Positions 1 to 11,906 of a DNA stretch of 64,000 bases are shown here, one piece after another. The translations under genes were made by a program, and so were the position numbers. Source of the stretch: Eledone cirrhosa (taxonomy: Eukaryota). The stretch's first letter is position 1; each line of letters starts with the position of its first letter. The stretch spans positions 232,128,001-232,192,000 of the forward strand of contig OZ024741.1 of NCBI GenBank assembly GCA_964016885.1. Reading direction: 5' to 3'. The notes below the pieces were generated by a model. That model made no database searches. It had not been told where the DNA came from and worked only from the letters and a program-made list of their open reading frames with translations.

Positions 1-35
<35 letters not shown>
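1..35. repeat. (AAC)n microsatellite
   Basis: Direct reading. Confidence 0.95.
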
Positions 36-36
<1 letters not shown>

Positions 37-69
37 CTGCCTTTTATAGATAATGATATATATGCCTAA

Positions 70-340
70 AATCTGTCTCAAGCCAGGAGGGTCATCAGGC
101 CGGTGCTTATCCGGTTTTCATGACGGTGAGCGACTGTGAGTACAATATTACCCCTTGGACAGGACGCCAGACCATCGCGAGTTTAACTTCCAGCTATTGC
201 TGGTTCTCATTTTGAGTTGAGTATACTGGAGCAACATGAAAGGAAGTGTTTTGCTCAACTATACAACACACAACCCAGTCCAGGTATTGAATCTACAACT
301 TTATGGTCCAACACCCTTACCACTAGGCCACGTGCTTCCA
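70..340 (-). mobile_element. tRNA-derived SINE, family A
   Basis: tRNA-like head near 340 on -. Core ttgagcaaaacact...ttgctccagt..actca...aatgag is shared with 19999-20210. Confidence 0.65.
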
Positions 341-344
341 TGTA

Positions 345-1994
345 TCTATACTATAAAGCTGACGTGGTATGTAGGTAACAAACTTTCCGCCAAACGCCTG
401 AACCAAACAGCACCAAATTTCCACCATAGATGTAACTTTTTCCAAGTGAAAAAATGAGGTTATTTTCGTCTACTTAATTCTGTTAAAAGATTAAAGACAT
501 TATTTAAATATTCACTTCTTTAAATGTTTCAAGTGTCAACACATCCGGTTATACGACATTCCTAACATCTTTACGAACCAAAGTATCATCTTCCTGTTTT
601 CTTTCGGTTGCAACGTTTTTCGAAATATTTACTTCTGCGTTTACAGATTGATTTTTGTTAGTTTCAGAAGATCCTGTTAGGGGTGAAAGCAGCGATTCTT
701 TGCTTAAACTTTAATTTGTTATTTTAATATATATATATAATTGTATATTCGTGTATAGATAGTTTTGCATACACAAAAACAAAATGTAAACAAACGTATT
801 TATTTCACGAAAGCACAGACGGCTTATCGTCATTGTTACTGCCGATATGCCACCCAAACAGTCCTAGCCTGGCCGCAAGATGAGATTTTCCAGAAAATAA
901 AATGTTACTAGAGCAAGAGAGAGACTAAGCTTCGCGATTACCCTCAACAAATCTCAGGGTCAAACCTTAAAAGTGGCTGGCCTTCATCTGGGAAAACCAT
1001 GGTCAATTGTATGTAGGATGATCTAGGTTGAGCTCGCCAAACAATCTCTTCAACTTTGCTCCCGAGGGCCAAACAAAAAATATGATATACTCTGTAAATG
1101 TAATTTATGTATTTTCTGTTATTTGGAATTTCCAATATGGTAGTACAAAGTAACGTGAAGTTTGTTAAAAAGAAGGAAGAGGAGAGGAAGGAGAGAAGGA
1201 GGAAATAAACCTACAATGAAAGAACATCTTAAAGTTTACCCGAGCCAAATGTTGTATTTTTTAACATTTATATCTGCAAGTTCTTAGCAAGCTTACTGGC
1301 GCTTTAGTATTGTATTCATTTCTCATCTCGTTTTTTATTGATATGGTGCATATATCGCAGCTATTCATATGTTTTAAACATTAGATAACGATTGCTGATG
1401 TATATTGTACGACAGAATTAGCTGAAAAATATTTTGAATGAACAAATAAAAGAGATAGAGTAACTTCGCGAATCACACGAATAAAAACGAAAAATGACAA
1501 TCGGAAAGTATGTACAGGATTGGGATAAGAGTATATCCAGGAAAGTTTATTGATACTAATTTTATAACAGCAAAGAAGAAGAAAGACATACCACGTATGC
1601 TAACCAACCTGATTGCTATTTCTAGCAGGTTGGGAAACAACCATAAGGGATTCTCTCTGCGAATTCGTTGTCAGTGATTTCGCGGCCTAAGTCTCCGATT
1701 CCCACTGTGGATTACACACACACACACATACGCACACACACTCACACTCACACAGGCACACACACATATATATATATGTATACGAACACATACACACACA
1801 TATATATATACACACACACGAACACTCACCCTCACACACACATATATATATATGTAGACAAACATACACACACACACACACACACAATACACACACACTG
1901 TAAACAAGACAATGCATTCAATACAGACGTTTTCTCTTCTGCCGGTCTTCTCATATCGTTTGTTAACCTTGGCGAAGCTGAGTACGTCAGCTAG
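345..1994 (+). mobile_element. Non-autonomous Helitron retaining a PIF1 helicase C-terminal fragment
   Basis: A|TCTATACTATAAA 5' end and ...gtacgtcagCTAG|T 3' end (AT target, no TSD). 922-1090 translates RLSFAITLNKSQGQTLKVAGLHLGKP / HGQLYVG*SR...GQTKNMIY. 3' end resembles the terminus at 32146. Confidence 0.85.
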
Positions 1995-2144
1995 TATATA
2001 TATATGTATATATATACTTAGGGTAAACATTGATGCAATTCAATTCAAGCACATAGCGTACTTTTTCCACATAGGATTGACGGAGTAAATATCGAATAAG
2101 GAAAAGCGAAGTAGTTTCAGATGTTCAAGTCCTTTAATAATAAT

Positions 2145-2218
2145 GCTGTGATATATATTTCAATGACGACACTGGCCACACTGTTCTGTGTGCGAGTGTC
2201 GTGACATCATCAGACAGC
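2145..2218 (-). ncRNA. Type I hammerhead ribozyme motif (unit 1)
   Basis: gctgt-CTGATGA-..acgacact/agtgtcgt..-GAAA-tatata-TC-acagc. Confidence 0.75.
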
Positions 2219-3441
2219 TTGTTACATAATAAGGTTATGTTTCCGAGGCAATCCAAATTGAATCGACATGGGAACGGACGAAGTGTGTGCTTTTAGGTAC
2301 TTCATCCGTTCCCCTGTGAGTACCAATTCACCCCCACCGGTCTGCGCAGGCGCATGTCCGAAGGAAGTTGACCATTAGCTACCGCAGATTTCAACGAAAT
2401 TCGCTTAGTCAGTTCACCCTATCAGCCAAACAATGACCCACTTAGGATGGTACCATATTTTACTGCTACCCATCCCGACTGTGGCAGTCAGCTGAAAGCC
2501 AGGGGGATGGGAGAGTGTTAGTTTTTACAGGTCACAATACTACCTCTCACTAAGCGTGGACAGTACGACTGACCATCAACTCCTAAGAGAAAAAAAATGA
2601 ATTCTAGGTATCATGGTTTTACATTGGAAGTTATGAGTGAGGGTAGGAAATAAAAATTAAAATCCTAAATCAAATATCAGAAATTATAGATTAAACAATT
2701 ACAAAATTAACAATTAGAAATTAAAAAAATGTTCAAGTGAGAATCCGGATTGAGGTGAGTAAAAGAATATATACACTGAAGTGAGTAACTAATATGGAGA
2801 GAGATGTTTAAGTAAGAAGTTCTGAGAGGGGTTCTAATGTCACAGTTACACTATCCACATATTGAACGATAGTGCCGTACATTAGAACGGAGGGTAAACT
2901 ACAGTATTCGAGGCAGTAGTCAATCTGGTACACAGTCATAATTTCCATCACATGGAAGAAAACCAAAGAAAAACAGACATAAAGTACACAAAAGAAAAGA
3001 ACCAATAATGAATAAATGCAAAAACACAGAGTACATATATGCAAAATGATCCATATGATTGTCAATTTGTCAATGTATAGATTGAATTGAGGGAGCTTCT
3101 GTTCAAATGCGATTTGTTGCAGCAAAATAGGGGTTTATCTTAGTTTTTGTTTCCGCGTATTTATCCTGCCGAAAGTTGTTATTATGTCCGTCCAGTGTCA
3201 GGGGTTTCCATCCCCATGGTAGAGGGAATTTCCAGGGGTAGCTCATGGTTGGTTCCTCTCTTCTCCACCGTATGGGTTACATCATAGAGCGCTCAACTAA
3301 TTGGAGCTAAATTCTTAGGGTAAACATTGATGCAAATCAATTCAAGCACTCAACGTACTTTTTCCACATAGGAATGACGGAGTAAATATCGAATAAGGAA
3401 AAGCGAAGTAGTTTCAGATGTTCAAGTCCTTTAATAATAAT

Positions 3442-3515
3442 GCTGTGATATATATTTCAATGACGACACTGGCCACACTGTTCTGTGTGCGAGTGTCGTG
3501 ACATCATCAGACAGC
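3442..3515 (-). ncRNA. Type I hammerhead ribozyme motif (unit 2)
   Basis: Identical to the unit 1 motif. Confidence 0.75.
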
Positions 3516-4738
3516 TTGTTACATAATAAGGTTATGTTTCCGAGGCAATCCAAATTGAATCGACATGGGAACGGACGAAGTGTGTGCTTTTAGGTACTTC
3601 ATCCGTTCCCCTGTGAGTACCAATTCACCCCCACCGGTCTGCGCAGGCGCATGTCCGAAGGAAGTTGACCATTAGCTACCGCAGATTTCAACGAAATTCG
3701 CTTAGTCAGTTCACCCTATCAGCCAAACAATGACCCACTTAGGATGGTACCATATTTTACTGCTACCCATCCCGACTGTGGCAGTCATCTGAAAGCCAGG
3801 GGGATGGGAGAGTGTTAGTTTTTACAGGTCACAATACTACCTCTCACTAAGCGTGGACAGTACGACTGACCATCAACTCCTAAGAGAAAAAAAATGAATT
3901 CTAGGTATCATGGTTTTACATTGGAAGTTATGAGTGAGGGTAGGAAATAAAAATTAAAATCCTAAATCAAATATCAGAAATTATAGATTAAACAATTAAA
4001 AAATTAACAATTAGAAATTAAAAAAATGTTCAAGTGAGAATCCGGATTGAGGTGAGTAAAAGAATATATACACTGAAGTGAGTAACTAATATGGAGAGAG
4101 ATGTTTAAGTAAGAAGTTCTGAGAGGGGTTCTAATGTCACAGTTACACTATCCACATATTGAACGATAGTGCCGTACATTAGAACGGAGGGTAAACTACA
4201 GTATTCGAGGCAGTAGTCAATCTGGTACACAGTCATAATTTCCATCACATGGAAGAAAACCAAAGAAAAACAGACATAAAGTACACAAAAGAAAAGAACC
4301 AATAATGAATAAATGCAAAAACACAGAGTACATATATGCAAAATGATCCATATGATTGTCAATTTGTCAATGTATAGATTGAATTGAGGGAGCTTCTGTT
4401 CAAATGCGATTTGTTGCAGCAAAATAGGGGTTTATCTTAGTTTTTGTTTCCGCGTATTTATCCTGCCGAAAGTTGTTATTATGTCCGTCCAGTGTCAGGG
4501 GTTTCCATCCCCATGGTAGAGGGAATTTCCAGGGGTAGCTCATGGTTGGTTCCTCTCTTCTCCACCGTATGGGTTACATCATAGAGCGCTCAACTAATTG
4601 GAGCTAAATTCTTAGGGTAAACATTGATGCAAATCAATTCAAGCACTCAACGTACTTTTTCCACATAGGAATGACGGAGTAAATATCGAATAAGGAAAAG
4701 CGAAGTAGTTTCAGATGTTCAAGTCCTTTAATAATAAT

Positions 4739-4812
4739 GCTGTGATATATATTTCAATGACGACACTGGCCACACTGTTCTGTGTGCGAGTGTCGTGACA
4801 TCATCAGACAGC
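4739..4812 (-). ncRNA. Type I hammerhead ribozyme motif (unit 3)
   Basis: Identical to the unit 1 motif. Confidence 0.75.
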
Positions 4813-5300
4813 TTGTTACATAATAAGGTTATGTTTCCGAGGCAATCCAAATTGAATCGACATGGGAACGGACGAAGTGTGTGCTTTTGGGTTCTTCATC
4901 CGTCCCCTGTGAGTACCAATTCACCCCCCCCCGGTCTGCGCAGGCGCATGTCCGAAGGAAGTTGACCATTAGCTACCGCAGATTTCAACGAAATTCGCTT
5001 AGTCAGTCACCCTCTCAGCCAAACAATGACCCACTTAGGCCTGTACCATAGTTTACTGCTACCCATCCCGACTGTGACAGTCAGCCGAAAGCCAGAGGGG
5101 ATGGGAGAGTGTTAGTTTTTACAGGTCACAATACTACCTCTCACCAAGCGTGGATAGTACGACTGACCATCAACTCCTAAGAGAAAATAAACTTAATTCT
5201 AGGTATCATGGTTTTACATTGGAAGTTATGAGTGAGAGTTGGAAATAAAAATTAAAAATTAATTGGATTGCCTCGGAAACATAACCTTATTATGTAACAA

Positions 5301-5374
5301 GCTGTCTGACGATGTCACGACATTCGCACACAGAACAGTGTGGCCAGTGTCTTCATTGAAATATATATCACAGC
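5301..5374 (+). ncRNA. Type I hammerhead ribozyme motif (inverted cap)
   Basis: gctgt-CTGACGA-...-GAAA-tatata-TC-acagc. N7 differs (tolerated position); two changes in stem II. Confidence 0.7.
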
Positions 5375-5412
5375 ATTATTATTAAAGGACTTGAACATGT
5401 GAAACTACTTCG

Positions 5413-5413
<1 letters not shown>

Positions 5414-5486
<73 letters not shown>
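5414..5486. repeat. (TA)n microsatellite (others near 14437, 15017, 17514, 21690, 22133, 42401, 42808; (CA)/(TG)n near 23378, 42862; (ACAT)n near 25170)
   Basis: Direct reading. Confidence 0.95.
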
Positions 5487-5489
<3 letters not shown>

Positions 5490-5960
5490 TCTATGTATAG
5501 ATGTATGTGTATGAATCCTTTTTAAAGGTATATATTTATATTGAGATATCCTGCTGTATATTTATGTATGTGAGGGTATACATGTAAGAAATTTACGATA
5601 AATGATATCCAAATTACTATTATAATTATTTCTAATATTTTTGTATACTGTTCTAATTTTGTCTGGAGATACATTTATATAAATCTAACGAAACATGTAC
5701 TAAATCAAAATAAACAATAGACTTTTGTAAATATTGCTTAAAATAATAAGCAAGAAATATTATATGGATGTTTATAATTATATCGGGAACACTCTAAATT
5801 AAGATATTTAAGAAAGGAACTTTAAACAAACTGACACCGGTAAATAAAGTAAATAAATTATATTTGTACTGGAAATGGAATGGCCTATTTAAAATTTGTC
5901 AACCATATAAAATTATATTGTTCTTGATACTTGTCACATGATATTAATTTATTGTTATCT

Positions 5961-6149
5961 AACGGGCGGTGGATTGGCAGTATCGGTAGAGAGTCGGACG
6001 CCATGCTTTCCAGCATAGTTACGTCCCTTTACGATCTGAGTTCAAATCCCGCCGAGGTTGACTTTGCCTTTCATCCTTACGGGGTCGATAAAATAAAGTA
6101 CCAGTAATGCACTGGGTGATTGCTGGCCTTGTGCCTAAAGTAGAAACAA
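5961..6149 (+). mobile_element. tRNA-derived SINE, family B (octopus-type), with TSD
   Basis: gagttcaaatccc B-box, core gactttgcctttcatcc..ggggtcgataaaataaagtaccag, TSD ttaatttattgttatct on both sides. Confidence 0.9.
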
Positions 6150-7358
6150 TTAATTTATTGTTATCTTTTATATCCTGAAGAGATACGGATGTGACACAAT
6201 ATCTACAAAGAAGTCAGTTTTGCACTGGTAATATCCGGTTTTTCACCACAAATGAATGTGTTGAAACGTAATAATAATAGCCCCACCCCCAACCCGCGGC
6301 TTTCTTAAAATTTGAATTTTAGGTGCTCTGCAACCCGAACTTCCTTTTATTCATTTAGTTTCTTTTCACTCCTGGTGAACAGAGTGCGGTAAAGTGCATC
6401 GAATTTAGTATATCTATAAATGGAAATAGGGAAGTATTACACTTCAACCTAATATATTGTTATACACATATATATGTGTGTGTACGTATGTCTGTCTGTC
6501 TGTCTGTCTGTATGTATATATATATATATATATATATACATATATAAATGTGTGTGTGTGTGTGTCTGTTTTATACATATATATTATAAAGTGAAATGAC
6601 AGCAGGGTAAATATGTTCAATTTCCTTTAATTTTTTATTACTGTAAACACTATGCATTTTTCAGTGGTCAGATTGCATAATAATCTGGTGAGCACTTCAT
6701 GGTTAGATTCTCACGGATCAAAACCTAGTGTAGTGTTCAATTGATAGGATCGTGACCAGTCATAACTGTGGGAACTCCCTGTCTAAAGAAACCGGCTTGC
6801 TAATTGGACAATGTTACTTGCACACCATTGGTGAGCTTACACACATCCTCGGGGTTTTGTTATTATTTTTTTACTTCATTTTATTTTATTTCTGTGTCGG
6901 GTAACACACGTCCACCACTCAAACACCTATCTTGAAAGCTCAAGGGCCCATGTGGCTGGAAAACGCACATACTGGCACCTTATCTCAAATACCCAACCCT
7001 ACACAGAGCCCCTTGTTGGCCTACATGGCGGTTGCTTGCACGCACAGATTTGGGGACTCAGTTTCTCAATGGGACAACGGCACATACAGAGTTCGATATG
7101 AGCTGACTACTTGCTCTTCGCATGGATGTGTATATACCAAAACATACACTTTTTTAGACGATACGGATGTGTATATACCAAAACATACCCTATTTACAAT
7201 TCAATCGATACACGACTTGATAGTTTTATGGCCCTAGCTGAGGACGATAGAAGTCGGCGGGTTTTGGCTGCTTAATCTTCATATGGTGGACAGGATTTTA
7301 GTGGGTGATCATCTTTAAACTTTCTCGCTCATATCAAGGATTTGAAGACAATTCGTTT

Positions 7359-7432
7359 TCACCTGACGAGTTCAGTGATAATCGTTCATCGCCGCAATAT
7401 CGATCTATCTCTTATTGAAACAGGTGACGTGA
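7359..7432 (+). ncRNA. Hammerhead motif in 5' pLTR (cleavage triplet mutated to GAC)
   Basis: tcac-CTGACGA-g...t-GAAA-caggtg-AC-gtga. Confidence 0.55.
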
Positions 7433-7729
7433 TTAAAATGATTGGAAATTTATACCTTGCCTTCGGATCTTTATTTTGATACAAATACTCCGTTTTACAT
7501 CATCTAGCTGTTCCCATAAATAGAATTGGAGATATACAAAAGCGTGGAGAACTTAATATTGCTCACAAAAGGTTATTGGACCGTATGACACAACCAATAA
7601 TACACCTTTCTACAAAACAACTTAAAGCTCCTAATTCTGTTGAGCACTTAATGCTGTTAAGCAAGGAATATGATGGAGAAATTTTCGGTGAATTCTTCGC
7701 TTAAGGACATCCTATGACTAGCATAAAAT

Positions 7730-10410
7730 AATTCACAAGGTTGGCGATAGGTAAATCGGACTCCTTTGTCCGAAGAATGCGTTGGAAGGCCTTCCATTTC
7801 GATAGAAGAACACCAACAAACCACCCAGGGAGGGAACGCGCGGTATCGAGGGAAAATTCAAATCCAGAAGAAACCCGCCGCACAATAAGTACCTGGAGGA
7901 ATTCGGGAATGAAATGGCTAACAAAGTTTCCAAACTTAAGTTTAGGAAAAACCCACTCAGGAGAAAAAGCTACTTAAGACGACTGAACGATGATCTAGGA
8001 AAATTAAAGAACTCAATCGGCATTCTGGTGCACGCAGATAAAACTAACAACCTGTACGATATGGATAGAGTAACCTATGATGACTTGATAATCAGAGAAC
8101 TTAGAAAAAGTTATAGGAAAACTACACAGGCCAACCTGGATTTAATCAACACGGAGGCCAATAGCGTCATGACTAAATTGGGTATTGAAAATAAAACTGA
8201 GCCCTTCCATCCTAGAATTCCGAGGATGTTATAGAAAGGCCACAAATTAAACTTTGAATCATCAAGACCTGTCAGGCTGGTAGCCCCTTCGAAGTCGGAC
8301 ATAGGAATCGTGAGTAAAATCAACCTTGATAAAATAATCCCCACTCTAGTTAGGAGATCGAAGCTTAAATTATGGACAGGAACTAGGGAGGAAATTAACT
8401 GGTTTGAAAAATCGCAGAATAAGAATAGCACTAATTTCATACAGTTCGATATCTCTAACCATTACTCTTCGATCTCTTCAACTATTCTAGGTAAGGCCCT
8501 AAACTTTGATAGCTTACACACCGACCTTACATCTGAAGAAATTAACATTATTCTCCTAGCTAGGAAAACCTTAATTGAGTTCAACGGTGACTTGTGGACT
8601 AGGAAAGATTGGCCGGACAATTTCGACATCACCATGGGATCCACGGACTCGGACCAGATGACGGATCTGGTCAGCCTCTACTTCCTCTACTGTCTCGGAG
8701 TGGAAATGCCCCACGTGGGAGGTGGCGCTTACCGTGACGACGTTTTGTTTACTGTATCGTTCCATAATAATAATATGGTAGAGAGGGTGAGGAAAAAAAA
8801 AAGCAAATTCTTCAACAACATAGACTTAAGTATAGTGTTTGAAGAAAACCTGAAGATAGTTAATTTTCTAGATTTTACACTTAACCTCAATTCTGGACTC
8901 TTCCAACCCTACCACAAACCCAACGAGAATTTAAATCTTGTCAAGGCAAAATCGAACCACACTAGAATAGTCATAAACGGTATTAACAAAAGCGTCTCTA
9001 GTAGAATTTCAGAACTATTTTCCAATGAAGATACATTCGATAGGATCTCGAATTACTATATAAGCGCCCTGGAACGCGCGGGGCATACCGAGGGAATCTC
9101 ATTCAAACGTCAATTAAATAGTAGTAGCAACATTTCCTGCGATAGCTCAGGCCAAAATAGTGACACTTTTGTTAACAGCAGGCGAGAGGCGAGGGAGGAT
9201 CAATATACACTTCATGTTGTATTGCCTCCTAGTCCCAATGTCGATGGTACCAATGGAAACAATCACCCAGGTACAAACACGAGGTCCGAGCACCGTACTG
9301 CCAGCGGAAATTGTAACCTTAATTGTAGAACTGATAAAACAACTGTTGAACGTAAAATGGAACGGGAGTCGGGTAGAGGGAATAGGGATAAATGTAGGAG
9401 GCGCATAGTGGATATAACCCCGGCTATCGAGGGTAATCCCAATAACTGCATGGGGGGTACACCGCTCTGGAGACTTGGGACGATTCCGAACACCGTCTGG
9501 ACACCCCAGGACACCATCGACCCACAGGCAGTTATCAGTTCTAATAGTTCAGTAGCAACCAAGGAGACAGGTAACACTAGTATAGATATTAAGAACAAGA
9601 GGCATCGGACCAGAAAAATCCTATGGTACAGCCCCCCATACTCCACCGGCCTGACCACGAGTATAGCTAAGCTTTTCTTTGGGGCCTTAGAAAGATACTT
9701 CCCTAGATCACATAGATACTATAAAATATTCACTAGGAATACCATGAAGCTGTCCTACTCCACAACCAGTAACATAGCTCAGAATATAGCTAAGATTAAT
9801 TATAGTAGACTTAGGACAACCCAAGGCGGGATGAGACAATGCAGAACTAATGACAGCTCTATAGATGAACGGACTCATACGCGTGAAGCGAGTCGGGTCA
9901 CCCCAACCCCTGGGAAATTACCTATAGAGCAGACAAGAACTGAGACCCGACACCAGATGTACCATGGTTCCTCTGGAACTACCCAGGTCGATAACAGAAA
10001 ATGTAATTGCAGGCAAACCGCAACTTGCCCCATGGCTGGGAAATGCCTCACCAAAAACATAGTCTACGACTGTAAGGTCTCCACTTTAGATAGAACCTTC
10101 AGGTATGTTGGGGCAACTGCCACTGAATTTAAGGTAGATGGTATAATCACCGCCATACCGTTAATAGAATTGATAAAAAAAATAGCACGGCGTTTTCTGA
10201 ATTAGTCTGGAAGCTTAAACAACAGAATATAGAACAATCCTTATCTTGGTCCAGCCTTATAACGGCAGCACGGACGTCTGTAATTTATGTATAGCTGAAA
10301 CATTTAATATTATTAGAGGAGGCCCCCTATTAATCAATAGGAGAGCGGATGTTTTCAGCAACTGCCAACATAGAAGCTCGAAAACCCTCCGCGAGATTTT
10401 TGGAAAGTAA
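7730..10410 (+). pseudogene. PLE RT + GIY-YIG endonuclease ORF, frameshifted (resembles the Hydra clade)
   Basis: MRWKAFHF, HADKTNNLY, FIQFDISNHYSSI, FDITMGS, YRDD, NFLDFTLNL, ILWYSPPYS, CNCRQTATCPMAGKCLTKNIVY..RYVGATATEFK, spread over 3-4 frames. Confidence 0.9.
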
Positions 10411-11701
10411 CCTACCACTAACTCCTCCCTTTTTACCTTAGCCATAGAGTTCTCTCAATTAGCAAAAAACAGACAATCACACACTCAGGTAGTAGACAGC
10501 TAAGATCGTTTGCGCACTTACAAACGGTACTCGGTTTTTTGCACAGAGTTCTCACACCCGAGTGCATATTTACCACTACTTTAGAATACCTAGTTATTAA
10601 ATAGTGACAATGATTACACACTCATTTAAGACCGATTACGCTCATTCACCATTACTTTTGAATACCCTAACTATTGAGTTTTCTCGGTTAGTAAATTGTT
10701 AGACGTATTACACACTCAGTTAAGACCGATTACGCTCTTTATACATGACTCTACACACAGTACCCGGTTTCTTTAGACACGGAGTTCCCACAGTTATGAC
10801 TGATCACGATCCCATCAATTGAACACTACACTAGGTTTTGATCCATAATCATCTAACCATGGAGTGATCACGGTTGCTGATTGGACACCGTTACTTGCAC
10901 ACCATTGGTGGGCTTACACACATCCTCGGGGTTTTGCTATTCTTTTTTACTTCATTTTATTTTATTTCTGTGTTGGGTAAGACACCTCCACCACTCAAAC
11001 AACTATCTTGAAAGGCCAAGGGCCCATGTGGCGGGAAAACGCACATACTGGCACCTTAACTCATATACCCAACCCTACGCAGAGCCCCTTGTTGGCCTAC
11101 ATGGCGGTTGCTTGCACGCACAGATTTGGGGACTCAGATTCTCAATGGGACAACGGCACATACAGAGTTCAATATGAGCTGACTACTTGCTCTACGCATG
11201 GATGTGTATATACCAAATCATACACTCTTTTAGACGATACGTATGTGTATATACCAAAACATACACTATTTACAATTCAATCGATACACGTATAGGAGAA
11301 CATTGAACTGAATTTACTTGCGTTTGTATAGGGTTGCGGTTGACCCAATTTCTCCTTTCCATCGTCAAATTGAGATTTGACCAATATAACATTTGTTGTT
11401 TTGTAAACTAACTTTCGGTTAATACTATGTTGGTATATGTATTTTTTTTTTCTTCGACCTCACGTCGGTGTGAGTGTGTGTGTACCCACTGCAATTCTAA
11501 AGATTTGATGTTGAGATTAGACCCGTCCAGCGTCTTTTACTGCTATTGAGAGATATAGACTTGATAGTTTTATGGCTCTAGCTGAGGACGATAGCAGTCG
11601 GCGTGTTTTGGCTGCTTAATCTTCATATGGGTACAGGACTCTAGTTAGTGAACATCGTTAAATGTTATCCCTCATACCAAGGATTTGAAGACAATTCATT
11701 T

Positions 11702-11775
11702 TCATCTGACGAGATCAGTGATAATCGATCATGGCCGCACGGTCGATCTATCTCTTATTGAAATATGTGTCGTGA
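11702..11775 (+). ncRNA. Hammerhead motif in 3' pLTR (GUC site)
   Basis: tcat-CTGACGA-g..atcgatc/ggtcgat..t-GAAA-tatgtg-TC-gtga. Confidence 0.65.
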
Positions 11776-11906
11776 TTAAAATGATTGGAAATGTATACCT
11801 TGCCTTCGGATCTTTATTTTGATATATATATATATATAAGCATATATGATGATTTCTTTGTATGTATTTAATAGGTGTATTAAATATCTCTCTATTCAAT
11901 CTTTAG

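Larger units (their letters stand above)
2017..5413 (-). mobile_element. Tandem array of 1297-bp units (2017-3313, 3314-4610, partial 4611-~5257) plus inverted 150-bp cap (5263-5413); PLE-derived, retrozyme-like, inserted in (TA)n
   Basis: Identical ORFs at 2808 and 4105 give the 1297 period. 5263-5413 is the reverse complement of 2106-2256. One HHR motif per unit; no RT seen. Confidence 0.85.
6590..11824 (+). mobile_element. Penelope-like retroelement with pseudo-LTRs (6797-7481 / 10874-11824) and 5' inversion (6688-6795 vs 10764-10871)
   Basis: Direct and inverted repeats read directly. Central RT plus GIY-YIG ORF. Flanked by (TA)n/(TG)n. Confidence 0.9.

Noticed and set aside
2017-2023. 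TTAGGG at each unit boundary of the 1297-bp array (telomere-targeting PLE?)
   Set aside because: A single hexamer that is part of the unit itself; no telomeric tract.
1668-2030. ORFs of HT/CV/YI repeats (also near 14852, 16942, 17393, 21658, 23229, 24980, 42780)
   Set aside because: Translations of (CA)n, (TA)n and (ACAT)n microsatellites, not genes.
6932-7237. 101-aa ORF duplicated at 11008-11295
   Set aside because: Lies in the PLE pseudo-LTR, has a TTG start and no recognisable domain; the duplication is explained by the repeat.
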